Of a stretch of 64,000 bases of DNA, positions 1-13,289 are shown one piece after another. Below the pieces are notes generated by a model, which was given only the letters and a program-made list of their open reading frames with translations, made no database searches and was not told where the DNA came from. Position 1 is the stretch's first letter, and each line of letters starts with the position of its first letter. The stretch is from Chiloscyllium plagiosum. Its lineage: Eukaryota. The position numbers and the translations under genes are program-made. The stretch is taken from contig NC_057757.1 in the NCBI RefSeq assembly GCF_004010195.1, positions 5,014,416-5,078,415 on the forward strand. Reading direction: 5' to 3'.

Positions 1-644
1 CATGCAGGTGAATGTGTACATTAGGAGAGAAGTAGGTCATTCATCCCCTCAAGCCTGCACTGCTGTTCAGTACGACCATGTTTGCATTTCAAATTCTATG
101 TTCCAATCTCCCCCTTTAGCTCCTTTGCCTAATCAGAACCTATCCACCTTAGCCATAATCTTCAATGCAATGTGTGAAAAAGATTCATGCTCATGATGAT
201 CCTGAAGGAGTCATTTGTTCATAGGCAAAGAACCTGCTAATTTTTGCAGTGCCTGCATCGACTTCTGTGGAGTTTGAGTGGTATACTTAAACGGATTGGA
301 AGTTGTGCAATGTTGTATGTTGGGATGTGTTTTTTGTGAGCTGCTGCGCATGTGTGCAGCTTACAGGGAACATAGATCACTGGCCATTCAGCCCATAGAG
401 TCCATTCCAGTTGTCTCATGACTGGCTGTTCCACACCAATGATGAAACATTGCAAACTGTTGGCCAATATACAGGTCACCCATTCAAGTCAGGTGTGCAG
501 GCAATGGCAGAGCTGGTGGGGGAGGGAGAGAGGCATTTAGACAGTCGTCCTAAAGCCTGCTTTTGATGTAGTCCTGTTAATTAATGTTGAGTTTCAGAGA
601 CTCTGGGGTTTTGTTTTTAAAAACGTGTACACTTTCTGTTCCAG

Positions 645-733
645 GTTGTGATACAGGAAGCTTGTGGGATTCAGCATCTCAGGGTCCACTGCTGGAACAA
701 ATTCAAAAACTAGAGCGAGAGAAAGCTACAAAA
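645..733 (+). CDS. GIGYF1: GIGYF1-like internal coding exon (GCDTGSLWDSASQGPLLEQIQKLEREKATK)
   Basis: ttctgttccag acceptor and AAA|gtaaga donor; phase 1->0; resembles GIGYF1 SLWD...QGPILEQ and GIGYF2 LEKAKAAK. Confidence 0.8.
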
Positions 734-1074
734 GTAAGACCTTGATGTTGTTTTTTTTGGTTCCATAGAAAAGATACATCCTCCTTTAATGCAAGGGGAT
801 ATTTCAGCATGCTCATGGAGTCCACTTGCAACATTGTCATGTAGGCTTTCAAACTAGGATCCCCAGAGGTCCGAGCTTGAGCTGAATCTCCAGCACTGCA
901 ACCATTTTGTGATTTGTTTTTAACCCACAGATCTTCAAGGTTATTAAATTCTGTTTTGTTTGAGTATAACTTGTATCATGGTTCTCTTTGTATGATGACT
1001 TTCTGAAAGACTCAGTTGTGCCAAGTCCCACGTCCGTCTTATTGTAATCTGTCCAACAATCTCTTACAACTTTC

Positions 1075-1380
1075 AGATTAGATTCCCGACAGTGTGGAAA
1101 CGGGCCCTTCGGCCCAACCAGTCCACACCAACCCTCCGAAGAGTAACCCACCCAGACTATTTCCCTCTGACTAATGCACCTAACAGTATAGGCAATTTAG
1201 CATGGCCAATTCAGTTGACCTGCACACCTTTGGGAGAAAACCGGAGCACCTGGGGGAAACCCACACAGACATGGGGGGAATGTGCAAACTCCACACTGAC
1301 AGTCGCCCGAGGCTGGAATCTAACCTGGGACCCTGGTGCTGTGAGGGAGCAGTGCTAACCACTGAGCCACCATGCTGCCC
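1075..1380 (-). mobile_element. HE1-type tRNA-derived V-SINE
   Basis: reverse complement has GGTGGCTCAGTGGTTAGCAC box A, V-domain GTCTGTGTGGGTTTCC, CR1-like tail and (TCTAA)n end. Confidence 0.9.
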
Positions 1381-1809
1381 TTAAATGAGTTTCCTTTAAC
1401 TTGAAGCCTTCCAAATCTTGACAACTAAAAGAATCTGATTCTCATGTCTCCTCTTCACCTTTTACCCGATGTTTTAGTTCTATAACTATAACCTCTGGCC
1501 ATTACCTACTAGTCAGAGGGATCAGGTTTTCTCTTTCTACACTTGTGTCCAGACCTCACCATCTTAGAACCTTCCAAAAGGCCATCTTTTTCCTGTTCCA
1601 AGGAAAAAAGTTTGGACTGTTTCAACCTCTCCTCATATCCGACTTCTTATCTCTAGTAACATTTGTCAACTTGCTAATAAAATTTGCGTTTCTGATATGG
1701 TAAACGTTTTAGCAAACAATATGTTGCCTTTACATCTCAGTCACTCATATGGGATTTTGTGCAAGATCTCAGTGCAAGTGTCTGTGGGAGGTTGCCAAGA
1801 GTGTTAGTC

Positions 1810-2131
1810 TTAGATTACCTACAGTATGGAAAGAGGCCCTTCGGCTCAACAAGTCCATACCGACCCTCCGAAGAGCAACCCACCCAGACTCCTTTCCCCT
1901 ACATTTACCCCTAACTAATGTACCTAGTACTACAGGTAATTTAGCATGGCCAGTTCACCTAACCTGCACATCTTTGGACTGTGGGAGGAAACCGGAGCAC
2001 CCGGGGGAAACCCACACAGACACGGGGAGAGTGTGCAAACTCCACACAGGCAGTTGCCCGAGGTGGGAATTGAACCTGGGTCACTGGCGCTGTGAGGCAG
2101 CAGTGCTAACCACTGAGCCACCATGCTGCCC
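1810..2131 (-). mobile_element. HE1-type tRNA-derived V-SINE
   Basis: same head, V-domain and tail as the 54603 copy; box B GGTTCAATTCC on the minus strand. Confidence 0.9.
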
Positions 2132-2659
2132 ACAGTCTGTATTAATCTGTTGAGAGTTTGCATAAGCTTGTCAGTATCTGCAGATGGAAATAAGTTCAGA
2201 CGTTGTGGAGCAAGGTATATGTGTATCTGAAATCTGTGAGGTGCTAAGTGCAGGAAGTGAGCAGTTCATCTGAGCATGTTGAACCTATGTGTTAGTGTTA
2301 CACTGATTTGCTTCTGTAACTGTTTGGCCAGGACACAGGTTATTGAGAAGTATTCTATAAAAGCCACCCTTGTGCCTAATGTAACCATCGTGATGCACGT
2401 TATCTTTGCAAACTAGTGGAACAGCCAATATTTCCCTTCATTGAGAGAGAGGCTCCTTCCTTTTCCTACACCCATCCTGTGTGCCAGTTCATGCACTGGT
2501 ATAAATCTGGGGCATCTGCACCTTGTGTGATTTGTGCCCATTCTTCACATGTCCCAAACTGTTTGATTTGACAGTGTATATATCATGGGAAGCATCACAG
2601 ATGAATCGGGTCACAATTGCATATTTTTTTCTCCCAGTCTTTTGCTGGCTGGTGATCAG

Positions 2660-3052
2660 GTACCAGAGCTTGGCTTTTCACAATTACTGGGTATGTTGAG
2701 CATTTTGCACCCAGTGAAGTGCTCCTGAAGTCTAACTGCTGTTGTAATGTAAAAAATGCCAGTTTGCAAGCTGAAGACTCTCTCAAACCGCAATGTCATC
2801 AGGGTCAGACCTGTTCTTATATTGTCACTTGAGGGTTAAGTATTGGCTGAGGACACTGTGGGCAGTTTTTCTGTTCCTCTTCAGAGTGGAATATTTTGCA
2901 TCCCACACAAGCAGGCAGATGGGAGCTAGGGTTAACATTTCATCTGAAAGATGTCACCTCCAACAGGGCAGCACTCCCTCAAAATCGCACAAGAGCAAGA
3001 TGTGAACTCAGAACCTTCTGATTCTGAGGCAGAAGTCCTATCACTGAGCCAC
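2660..3052 (-). mobile_element. Deu-domain SINE (SacSINE1-like), degraded
   Basis: minus strand TGGCTCAGTG..GCCTCAGAATCAGAAGGTT head and GAGGGAGTGCTGC..TCTTTCAGATGA central block. Confidence 0.6.
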
Positions 3053-3164
3053 ATCTGATGCACAACCAAATGTCACTGCAGCCAACTGTGTGGTATTCCT
3101 GTGACTACTCCTGAGATTGTGTGAAGATTTATACATATTCCCTTCTGGTCTGTTGCTGTTAAGT

Positions 3165-3532
3165 TGATTGAGGTCGATAAAATCATGAGGCATGTATACG
3201 ATAGGCAGCCAATAGCTTTTCTTTAGGGAGGAGGAGTCTAAAACCAGGTGGTATAGGTTTAAGGTGAGAGGGGAGGGATACAAAAGAGTCTAGACGGGCA
3301 ACTTTTTCACACTGGGTGGTGAGTATGTTGAATGGACTGTCAGAGATAGTGGTGAAAGCAAGTGCAATTTTGAGATTTAAGAAACATTTGGTCAGGTACA
3401 CAGATGGGAGAGATATGAATGGGTATGGGCCAAACACGAGCACATGGGACTAGTTTAAATAGTGAAAACTGGACAGCGTGGGCAAGTTTGAGCTGAAGGG
3501 TCTGTTGCCATACAGTAGACTTCTGACTGTAT
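3165..3532 (+). mobile_element. CR1 LINE 3' fragment
   Basis: degenerate RT C-terminus (YKIMRG..; GNFF...VV) plus CR1 3' UTR. Confidence 0.75.
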
Positions 3533-4238
3533 GTGGAGTTAGTTGCGATGTTTAAAAACTTTCTAATGGAGGTGACCTTGGAATTAACTGCAGCTTGTAG
3601 CAATTGTTTTCCAAAAAAAAGAATACTAGTAAAATGAAGTGTGTGCTTTATTCCATTTCAGAGTAATAAGATCAGTGTTGAAATGTGTGTTGTGTGCACA
3701 CGCAGACAGATTTATTATTTTTGAGGTCAGGGCAGGGTACTAACTAAAGGAATTATCCAGTTTTGAAGAAGTAGCTCAGAGGGACACTGACCCACTAAAA
3801 CAAGTGCAGCCATGCTTGTTTTGAATTGCTTGACAAGAACGCTTTTATTCTTCAGCTCCCATCCCCTACTCCCCCTGTGCAATGTTCAATAACCTGTAAC
3901 AGGTCGGGAGGCTGCTGCTACTTTACCACTTTGGAGCAGTTTCACTTGGCATGTGGGTCAAAGTTGTACAAATCTGGCATCAAAGTCCAACCTGTCAGGT
4001 TGGAACAGAACACAATAAGATCATGGAGCTCAACACCCCATCCCCTGTCCCCTGCTCACGTGGGCAGAGAGAAACTTCCAAATGTACGTTCGGGTGGAGC
4101 AGGTGGGTGAAGTGTACAATGCGGATCCATATTTTGTCATCCTACCAGGTCAAAGGTGCTTTCAGGCTCTGGGAATTGTATTGGTGAAGGAAACTGCTTC
4201 CTAAATTGTCTTGGGTAACTTGAGTGTTGCTTGTTTAG

Positions 4239-4373
4239 CTAAAGCAGGAGCGAAGAGACGTTGAACTCAGGAATAAAAGGGAAGAGGATGACAGAAAACG
4301 ACAGGATGAAATCCGGTGGCAAGAGGAAGAACGCAAACGTCGGGATGAGGATGAGTTAACTAGGAGGAAGCAG
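4239..4373 (+). CDS. GIGYF1: GIGYF1-like coiled-coil exon (LKQERRDVELRNKREE...TRRKQ)
   Basis: ttgtttag acceptor, CAG|gtaatt donor, 135 nt, phase 0-0; ERRDVELR resembles GIGYF1 ERREVELR. Confidence 0.88.
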
Positions 4374-4745
4374 GTAATTGTCCACGGTATGGTTCTTATT
4401 ATTGTAACCCACTCCTGAGTCCCATGGGTTTTATGATTTCTTCTGTAGGTTTCTGATCTTGATGAAGTAGTGATTTGTTCTAACTTTTTCAGCCAGAAAC
4501 TGGTTAATGAGTGGGCATCAAGACAGGCTGTAATGTGGAGAAGTGTTGGATTGTTCACTTTGGTCATAAGAATGGAAAGCCAGCAGAGGTTTTAACAAAC
4601 ATAAAACTTATTTATGTTCAGAGAGACTCGGGTGTGCTAATCTAGGAACCAATGAACACTAACTTCAGAAATAGCAAGCAATTAAGAAGGAAAGTGGCAC
4701 GTTGACCTTTTTAGCAAGAGAGTTGGAGTGCCGGAATAACTAAGT

Positions 4746-5158
4746 CAATAGACAATAGGTGCGGGAGTAGGCCATTCAGCCCTTCGAGCCTGCACCGCCA
4801 TTCAATATAATCATGGCTGATCATTTCTAATCAGTATCCTGTTCCTGGCTTATCTCCATAACCCTTGATTCCACTATCTTTGAGAGCTCTATCCAACTCT
4901 TTCTTAAATGAATCCAGAGAGTGGGCCTCCACTACCCTCTGGGGCAGAGCATTCCACACAGCCACCACTCTCTGGGTGAAGAAGTTTCTCCTCATCTCTG
5001 TCCTAAATGGTCTACCCCGTATTTTTAAGCTGTGTCCTCTGGTTTGGCACTCATCCATCAGTGGAAATATGTTTCCTACTGCCAGTGTGTCCAATCCTTT
5101 CATAATCTTATACGTCTCAATCAGATCCCCTCTCAGTCTTCGAAACTCAAGGGTATAC
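4746..5158 (-). mobile_element. young CR1 LINE 3' end inserted into an older + strand CR1 fragment (~4500-5660)
   Basis: intact minus ORF YTLEFRRLRGDLIETYKIMKG...RRNFFTQRVVAVWNALP; (CTATTGT)n tail at 4746-4757. Confidence 0.9.
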
Positions 5159-6631
5159 ATTCTGCAGTTGCACAGGGTTTTGTTGAAACCACGCTTGGAA
5201 TATTCAGTACCATTTTGGTCTCCATATTTAAGGAAGGAACAGTAAAGTGGAGATTCACTGGATTGGCTCCAGGATGCCCTTCAATACTGAGAACTGGGCC
5301 ATAACTGTTTGGAATTATGAAAAATAGGATGTGATCACTTTTGAAATGTCCAACCCTTTCAGAACCTTGTATAGGATAGACAGTGAGAGGTCGTTTCTAC
5401 TTGCTGGACAATCTAGAACACACACATTGGTCTCTGGAGCCCTAAATGATTGACCCCTTTTCCAACGAGAAGTGTCTTGTCTCAGTGTTTGGAATTCCCT
5501 AGCCCCAAAGTTGAATGCTCCATCATGGAGTGTAATTTAGCCTGCGATAGACGGTTTTGAATTGTGGGAAACTGGAGGTGAAGCTAAAGATGAGTAACAA
5601 TTACATTGAACGGCAAAGCAAGCTCAAGAACCTTTCTGGTCTATTTCTGTTCCTATTTCTTGTGTTTGCATTGATCTAGGTATTTGCAATGATTCCAGAC
5701 TCCATATTTGTGCAGTGAATATGGGGATGTCTAGCCTAGAATGTCTTAAGTTTTTATGCGCAGGGAGTTGTTCTGAGTTGTATTGTCACCATATGGTGAG
5801 AAAGTGGATGACTTTTGTCTCCTGGTTGTTAGTCATTGATGCTGCTGGGCGAGTGCATGTTTCCAATGAGCCAGGGCAAGATTGGAGTGAAGCTGCAGCT
5901 CATCTATGGTCAGAACACTCATTTGTGGGCAATAGCCACGGAGTGTGAAATAGCCAGAGACTTGGCTGCCAGTCTGGGAACTGTATTCTGCATGAATTGG
6001 CAGGGGTAAATCTGGGCTCAAGGAGAGAGAAGTGAGGTGGGTTATAAAGGAAACTTAAAAGGAAAACTATTCATTCGCAAGCCAAGCAGTCCTCTTGCTG
6101 TTGGTGCTGCAGGTGTGGCATTTGAGGAGAGACTTTGCGTGAGTAATATTCCAAATCAGGCTGTGTGACTTAGAAGCAATGTTTAGGTGGTGTTATTGAA
6201 AAATCAACACACTTGCCCTTCTCAGGGTGCCGAGGCAGTGCTTCTTTCTTGTGGCTAATGTTGAACAGACCAGATTCTCTCAAAAAAGACTCCTTTTGGA
6301 TGTCTCCATTTGCAATCTCCCAACTGTTTGGCAGCAAGCCAGCAGGGTAGGAGATTTCATCAGCTCTGTTGTATTCGTCTGTCATCACTTGCACTCCCCT
6401 TTGTGTCCAGTGTGTTTCTGTCCTCCTGTGAGGAGGGAAGTTGGGGCTCATCTGTGTCCAGGTTCTGCTGCTCAACGTGCTAGATCACAATGGAACCGCC
6501 CTAGATTGTTGCTGTTTGTCTGTATTTTGGCACGTGCATTTGAGGGATCTGAGGAGGCAGGCTTCTCTATTCACAGCCTACAGTCGGCTGAGCTGATTGC
6601 ATCACAGAGTAACTGACCTGTTTCCTTCCAG

Positions 6632-6775
6632 GAAGAGGTAGTTCGATTTCAGAGAGAGCAGCAGGAAGAGGCTGCCCGGCGCCAAAGAGAGGAGGAGGAT
6701 CGCCGACAAGAGGAGGCCCTGAGGCGACGCGATGAGGAGGAAAGGCGGCAGATGGAGGACATCCTCCGGAAGCAG
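6632..6775 (+). CDS. GIGYF1: GIGYF1-like coiled-coil exon (EEVVRFQREQQEEAARRQREEE...ILRKQ)
   Basis: ctgac branch point plus tttccttccag acceptor, CAG|gtgatt donor, 144 nt, phase 0-0; E/R/Q-rich like GIGYF2 EEALRRQREQ. Confidence 0.88.
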
Positions 6776-7447
6776 GTGATTTGCTGTGCCTTTCATGTTG
6801 GGGGACAGTGGGATGTATGTCTCATGTGACCTTCCTCCACACTGCAACAAGTAGATGAATCACTGGCCCCTCAAATCTCCTCACTCAGTTCAGCAAATGC
6901 GATGCAAACATTGAGAAATTAAGAGGGCACATTATGGAGCCCTGTAACTGAATGGCTACAAAATCTCTGCACACCCACATTGCACATAGAATTCTCAAAG
7001 ATTTTCACAGGGCAAAGTCTAGTTTGGACTGTAATGGATTTTGCCTTTAGTTTTTTAATGAAAAGTATGCATTTTGCCTTCTTCAAATGACTGGAACCTA
7101 CAGCAGAGGAGGCTGCCATTTAATCTGTGTGCTAGTGCTGGCTTTCTGAAAGAACAATTCCACCTTGTTCCTTGCCTCAGTATTTTGTCTGTAACTGCGC
7201 AGGTTCTTCATCCCCAAGTAGCTGAGCAAATCCTTTTTAAAATTATTCATGGTTTCAATCTGCTCCACCTTATTCAGGTCAAGATTGGATCCTGTGAACG
7301 GAGTTTGAGAGGAAAGCACGTCTCCTTTTACCTCTTCACAACTGATTTTAAATCTTCAATCACTGGTTCTAGAATCCTAGTTATTCATGGCACTGAAGGA
7401 GGCTATTTGGCCCATCAGGTCCATGCTGGTTCCCTCTAAGGCAGTCC

Positions 7448-10400
7448 AGTCATAAAGTCATAGAGATGTACAGCACAGAAACGAACCCTTCGGTCCAACT
7501 CGTCCATGCCAACCAGATATTCCAGTGTAATTTAGTCCCACTTGCCAGCTCCTAGCCCATACCCCTTCAAACCCTTTCTATTCATATACCCATGCAGAGG
7601 CCTTTTTAAATGTTGCAAGTGCACCAGCCTCCTCCACTTCCTCTGGCAGCTCATTCCATACACGTACCACCCTCTGTGGAAAAAGTTGCCTCATAGGTCT
7701 CTTTTATATCTTTCCCCCTCACCCTAAACCTATGCCCTCTAGTTCTGGACTGCCAAGCCCCAAATAGACTTTGTCTATTTATCCTATCCATGCCCCTCAT
7801 AATTTTGTAAACCTCTGTAAGGTCACCCCTCAGCCTCCGACGCTCCAGGGGAAACAGCCCCAGCCTGTTCAGCCTCTCCCTGTTGCTCAGATCCTCCAAC
7901 CCTGGCAACATCCTTGTAAATCTTTTCTGAACCCTTTCAAGTTTCACAACATCTTTCCGATAGGAAGGAGACCAGAATTGCACGCAATATTCCAACAGTG
8001 GCCTAACCAATGTCCTGTACAGCCGCAACATGACCTCCCAACTGCTGTACTCAATGCTCTGACCAATAAAGGAAAGCATACCAAACGCTGCCTTCTCTAT
8101 CCTATCTACCTTTGACTCCACTTTCAAGAAGCTATGAACCTGCACTCCAAGGTCTCTTTGTTCAGCAACACTCCCGAGGACCTTACCATTAAGTGTATAA
8201 ATCCTGCTAAGATTTGCTTTCCCAAAATGCAGCACCTCGCATTTATCTGAATTAAACTCCATCTGCCACTTCTCAGCCCATTGGCCCATCGGCCCATCTG
8301 GTCCAGATCCAGTTGTAATCTGAGGTAACCCTCTTCGCTGTCCACTACACCTCTAATTTTGGTGTCATCTGCAAAGTTACTAACTGTACCACTTATGCTC
8401 GCATACAAATCACTTATGTAAATGACCAAAAGTAGAAGGCCCAGCACCGATCCTTGTGGCACTCCACTGGTCACAGGCCTCCACCACCACCCTCTGTCTT
8501 CTACCCTTGAGCCAGTTCTGTATCCAAATGGCTAGTTCTCCCTGTATTCCGTGAGATCTAACCTTGTTAATCAGTCTCCCATGGGAACCTTGTCGAACGC
8601 CTTACTGAAGTCCACATAGATCACATGGACTCTGCCCTCATCAGTCGTCTTTATTACATCTTCAAAAAACTCAAATCAAGTTTGAGAGACATGATTTCCC
8701 ACGCACAAAGCCATGTTGACTATCCCGAATCAGACCTTGCCTTTCCAAGTACATGTACATCCTGTCCCTCAGGAATCCCTCCAACACCTTGCCCACCACC
8801 GAGGTCAGGCTCACCAGTCTATAGTTCCCTGGCTTATCTTTACCGCCCTTAAACAGTGGCATCACTTTTGCCAACCTCCAGTCTTCCGGCACCTCACCTG
8901 TGACTATCGATGATACAAATATCTCAGCAAGAGGTCCAGCAATCACTTCTCTCACTTCCTACAGAGTTCTCGGGTACACCTGATTAGGTCCTGAGGATTT
9001 ATCCACCTTTTAACCGTTTCAAGACATCCAGCACTTCCTCCTCTGTAATCTGGACATTTTGCAAGATGTCATCATCTATTTCCCTACAGTCTATATCTTC
9101 CATATCCTTTTCCACAGTAAATACTGATGCAAAATATTCATTTAGTATCTCCTCCAATTTCTGTGGCTCCACACAAAGGCCGCCTTGCTGATCTTTGAGG
9201 GGCCCTATTCTCTCCCTCGTTACCCTTTTGTCCCTAATATATTTGTAAAAACCCTCTTGGATTCTCCTTAATTCTATTTGCCAAAGGTATCTCATGTCCC
9301 CTTTTTGCCCTCCTGATTTCCCTCTTAAGTATACTCCTGCTTTCTTTATACTTAAGGATTCTTTATACTCGATCTATCCTGTCTATACCTGACATATGCT
9401 TTCTTCATTTTCTTAACCAAACCCTCAATTTCTTTCGTCATCCAGCATTCCCTATACCTACCAGCCTTCCCTTTCACCCTGGAATATACTTTCTCTGGAT
9501 TCTTGTTATCTCATTTCTGAAGGCTTCCCATTTTCCAGCCGTCCCTTTACCTGCGAACATCTGCCTCCAATCAGCTTTCGAAAGTTCTTGCCTAATACCG
9601 TCAAAATTGGCCTTTCTCCAATTTAGANNNNNNNNNNNNNNNNNNNNNNNNNNNNNNNNNNNNNNNNNNNNNNNNNNNNNNNNNNNNNNNNNNNNNNNNN
9701 NNNNNNNNNNNNNNNNNNNNNNNNNNNNNNNNNNNNNNNNNNNNNNNNNNNNNNNNNNNNNNNNNNNNNNNNNNNNNNNNNNNNNNNNNNNNNNNNNNNN
9801 NNNNNNNNNNNNNNNNNNNNNNNNNNNNNNNNNNNNNNNNNNNNNNNNNNNNNNNNNNNNNNNNNNNNNNNNNNNNNNNNNNNNNNNNNNNNNNNNNNNN
9901 NNNNNNNNNNNNNNNNNNNNNNNNNNNNNNNNNNNNNNNNNNNNNNNNNNNNNNNNNNNNNNNNNNNNNNNNNNNNNNNNNNNNNNNNNNNNNNNNNNNN
10001 NNNNNNNNNNNNNNNNNNNNNNNNNNNNNNNNNNNNNNNNNNNNNNNNNNNNNNNNNNNNNNNNNNNNNNNNNNNNNNNNNNNNNNNNNNNNNNNNNNNN
10101 NNNNNNNNNNNNNNNNNNNNNNNNNNNNNNNNNNNNNNNNNNNNNNNNNNNNNNNNNNNNNNNNNNNNNNNNNNNNNNNNNNNNNNNNNNNNNNNNNNNN
10201 NNNNNNNNNNNNNNNNNNNNNNNNNNNNNNNNNNNNNNNNNNNNNNNNNNNNNNNNNNNNNNNNNNNNNNNNNNNNNNNNNNNNNNNNNNNNNNNNNNNN
10301 NNNTGTAATCTCCCTTCAGAATCTCAACCTTTTCCCTTCCTATGCCATTGGTTCCAATGTGGACAATGACCTCCTGCTGCCCCCTCTCCCCCGTGAGAAC

Positions 10401-10965
10401 ATTCTGCACCCTCTGAGACATCCTTGATCCTGGCACCAGGAAAACAGCACACCATTCTGCTTTTTCTCTGCTGGCCACAGAAACTTCTGTCTGTACCTCC
10501 GACTACAGAATCCCCTAACACAATTGATCTTTGGAAGTCAACGTACTCCTCGTTGCATTAGAGCCAGTCTCAGTACCAGAAACTTGGCTGTTCGTGCTAC
10601 GTTCCCCTGAGAATCCATCACCCTCTACATTTTCCAAAACAGCATACCTGTTTGAAATGGGTATATCCACAAAAGACTCCTGCACTAGCTGCCTACCTCT
10701 CTTACCCTTCCTGGAGTTAACCCATCTATGTGACTGTATCTGAGACTTTCCTCCCTTCCTGCAACTGCCAACATACTGTTGCTGTTGCAAATTCCTCATT
10801 GCTTCTATTTGTCTCTCCAACCGATCCACTCGATCTGATAAGATTCGCATCCAACAGCATTTATGGCAGATATAATCCGCAGTAACTCTTACACTCTCTT
10901 TATACTCCCACATCTGACAAGAAGTGCATTTCACTGCAAAGGCCATTTTTGCTCCTTCACAATCT
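7448..10965 (-). mobile_element. near full-length CR1 (HER1-like) LINE, antisense in a GIGYF intron, frameshifted; spans the assembly gap
   Basis: ORF1 MAFAVKCTSCQMWE..C..C with leucine zipper and SGNH esterase motifs GDS / VHIGTN; ORF2 RT motifs PGNYR, QHGF, GVPQGSVLG, FADD; CR1 3' UTR with CTATGACT tail. Confidence 0.93.
9628..10303. other. assembly gap (676 N)
   Basis: run of N. Confidence 1.
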
Positions 10966-11140
10966 AAGTCAAATGTACTTTCGCTGGAAAGTGCTTTGAG
11001 ATGTTCCCTCTGATGGTGGAAGTCACTATATAAATGCAGGTCTTCCTTTTCTTGCTTTTGCCCCTGTGTTCAGCCTTCCCTGAAGTGCATCAGTGCATCT
11101 CTTCTCATCTGCTCCATGTGGTCACGTGTTGTTGTTCCAG

Positions 11141-11365
11141 GAGAAAGATAGGCGGCAGCAGGATGAAACCCGCCGGTGGCTGGAGGAAGAGGAGAGCAGG
11201 CGCCAGCTGGAGGAGGAAGCCAGGCGCAGGCTTGCTGAGGAGGAGGAACGGAAACGCAAGGAGATGGATCTGCAGCTTCAGCGGCAGCAAGAGATGCTGC
11301 GACACAGGCAGCAGCAAGAGGCACTGAGGCGCTTACAGCAGCAGCAGCAGTTAGCACATATAAAG
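11141..11365 (+). CDS. GIGYF1: GIGYF1-like coiled-coil/polyQ exon (EKDRRQQDETRR...EALRRLQQQQQLAHIK)
   Basis: gttgttccag acceptor, AAG|gtacca donor, 225 nt, phase 0-0; matches GIGYF2 QQQEALRRLQQQQ..LAQMK. Confidence 0.9.
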
Positions 11366-11829
11366 GTACCACTCACCTGCTAGTTCCTCTGAAACTGGGC
11401 GGAGATTTACATAACTGGATCTCCATGCTTATCAAAAGTCCTGCATTTGATTCCCACCAGACTGCTGGGATCAAAGTCCCCCTGCCAGTTTGTGAAATGA
11501 GATGAGCCTGGCTTGTGTTAAGAGTGTCCGTTAGCACTTGCAGTCCAGCTCTCCCTTACCATTGGTCTTTTTACAGACTGGCTGGTCCATGTATCCTGGG
11601 CCTCTGACCTCATTCTGAGTAAACTGAGGTTAACTGCCTGTCTCTCTCTCCAGAAGACACGACAGTGTCAACAGGGATAGCTTTATCACAGTTTCCCTGA
11701 GCAAGTGAAAAGACTGTGCTAAAAAGACATGGATTTTTATTCTCCGCCCACCATGCGACAATGCATGTCTTCCTGGGAGGTGTCTTGAGAGAAGGGATTC
11801 AGTGATATTTGCTAATCTTATCATGTCAA

Positions 11830-12150
11830 GAGTTGGGGTCAACATTTGATGCCCATCCCTAATTGTCCTTGAAGTGCGGCAAGCTCGGCTGTTTTCAAAG
11901 AGCAGTTCAGAATCAACCAAATTGCTGTGGGTCTAGTCACATGTAGGTCAGGTAAGTACAGCAACTAGATGTTTAATACCAACAGTAATGGCTTCTGTGG
12001 TCACCAGCTCTGGTTCCAGATTTATTACTTAGCTGTTTGTTAACTGATAAAACTTCTTGAGTTGCTAAGGTGGTATTTGAAACCATGCCCCCACAGTCTG
12101 ACTCTGTGCTACTGGTTTATTGGTTCACTGACATAACCAATTGGCCACTG
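11830..12150 (-). mobile_element. second shark tRNA-SINE family, degraded copy
   Basis: similar to copies at 22450-22760, 25965-26280, 40620-40730, 43890/45285-45520 and 63325-63940. Confidence 0.5.
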
Positions 12151-12236
12151 TTTTTCAGGTGGGCTGAATGATTAGTTCCTGTGTTGTTCTGTTACTGTAA
12201 ACTTTGCAATGTCTGAAATGAGCTGTTGTTCTTCAG

Positions 12237-12329
12237 ATCCCCTCTTCCACTTCATGGGGACAGCAGTCCAACTCGGTACCACCACTTCAGAAGCTGGAGG
12301 AGGAAAGGGAGCGACACCGCAGGGAGGAG
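12237..12329 (+). CDS. GIGYF1: GIGYF1-like exon (IPSSTSWGQQSNSVPPLQKLEEERERHRREE)
   Basis: gttcttcag acceptor, GAG|gtaaga donor, 93 nt, phase 0-0; matches GIGYF2 LPSSSTWGQQSN...QKLEEERER. Confidence 0.9.
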
Positions 12330-13289
12330 GTAAGAATGCACGTCCTTGAAGCAAAGGATATATCTGAGTGCTACCATGATGCACTTGCCTTTCGCAGACT
12401 GGAAGCCTGTACAAAAACATCACCATTTCCGGTTGAGCTTTTGCTTGTTGACATATGAGTAATATGTGATCTTTGTGAACCTGTTCTTCTTGCCCAACAT
12501 TCTTGGGCATCGGTTTCTTCTCCAGTGGTTATACCAATTTTGTAACCAGCCCTGTCCCTGTAATTGAGAAATTCTGCTTCCTGCGTGCTGATCCTGATGG
12601 GGACAAACTAAAGAAGTTGGCAGGAGATTGAGAGTGCCCAATTGTGGCCAGTCGTTCTTTTGTCTAAGCAGTGTGTATGTAAGGCCACTGTGCCATCAGT
12701 GAAACTGGTATTTCTGATCTGACGGATCACCGAGGTTGGTGTGGGTTGCTTTACATTACCGAGAATTGCTATCGTCTGAAGTGCAGCCTTTCAACACATA
12801 TGTGTTTGCATTTTGTAGTAATCCAATGCAGAGTTAAAAGTGATCCTACTCTAGGGACGCCACATAATGCCTCAGGCTCTGCTGTAAAGTCTCGCACAGT
12901 AAATCAGTTCTACCGTTGTCTCAGTGCGGTATGACAAGGGCTTTCTGCACCTTGTCAAAGTGAGCACTAATCTTGAGGGACTATCAAATTTGTGTGTATA
13001 CAGGGTGTTTGACTTGCAGACAGGCTTGACCCTGTCTTACACACCTGAGCTCAATGAGTGGAGAACTCTGAGCATGAATCCCCTCCTCCTACCCTATTCT
13101 GATAATTAAGACTATTTGTAACCTTTTGCTCTCCTGAGGTCAGCAAACCAGTGTGGGCTGTGAACTGAACCCACTACTCTCTGTCCTGTGCTGTTTAGTT
13201 TGCTGTATGCAGGTGAACAGCTTTGGCTTCTATTTGTTGTAGTCAACAAAAAAAAAACTTTCATTTCTGTCAACAGAAAAAAGTTTGCA

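Noticed and set aside
9474-10478. 334-aa and 233-aa ORFs
   Set aside because: Artefacts of the 676-N gap inside a CR1.
11321-11350. CAG repeat as an expansion locus
   Set aside because: Only short (CAG)3-5 runs within the normal GIGYF polyQ segments.
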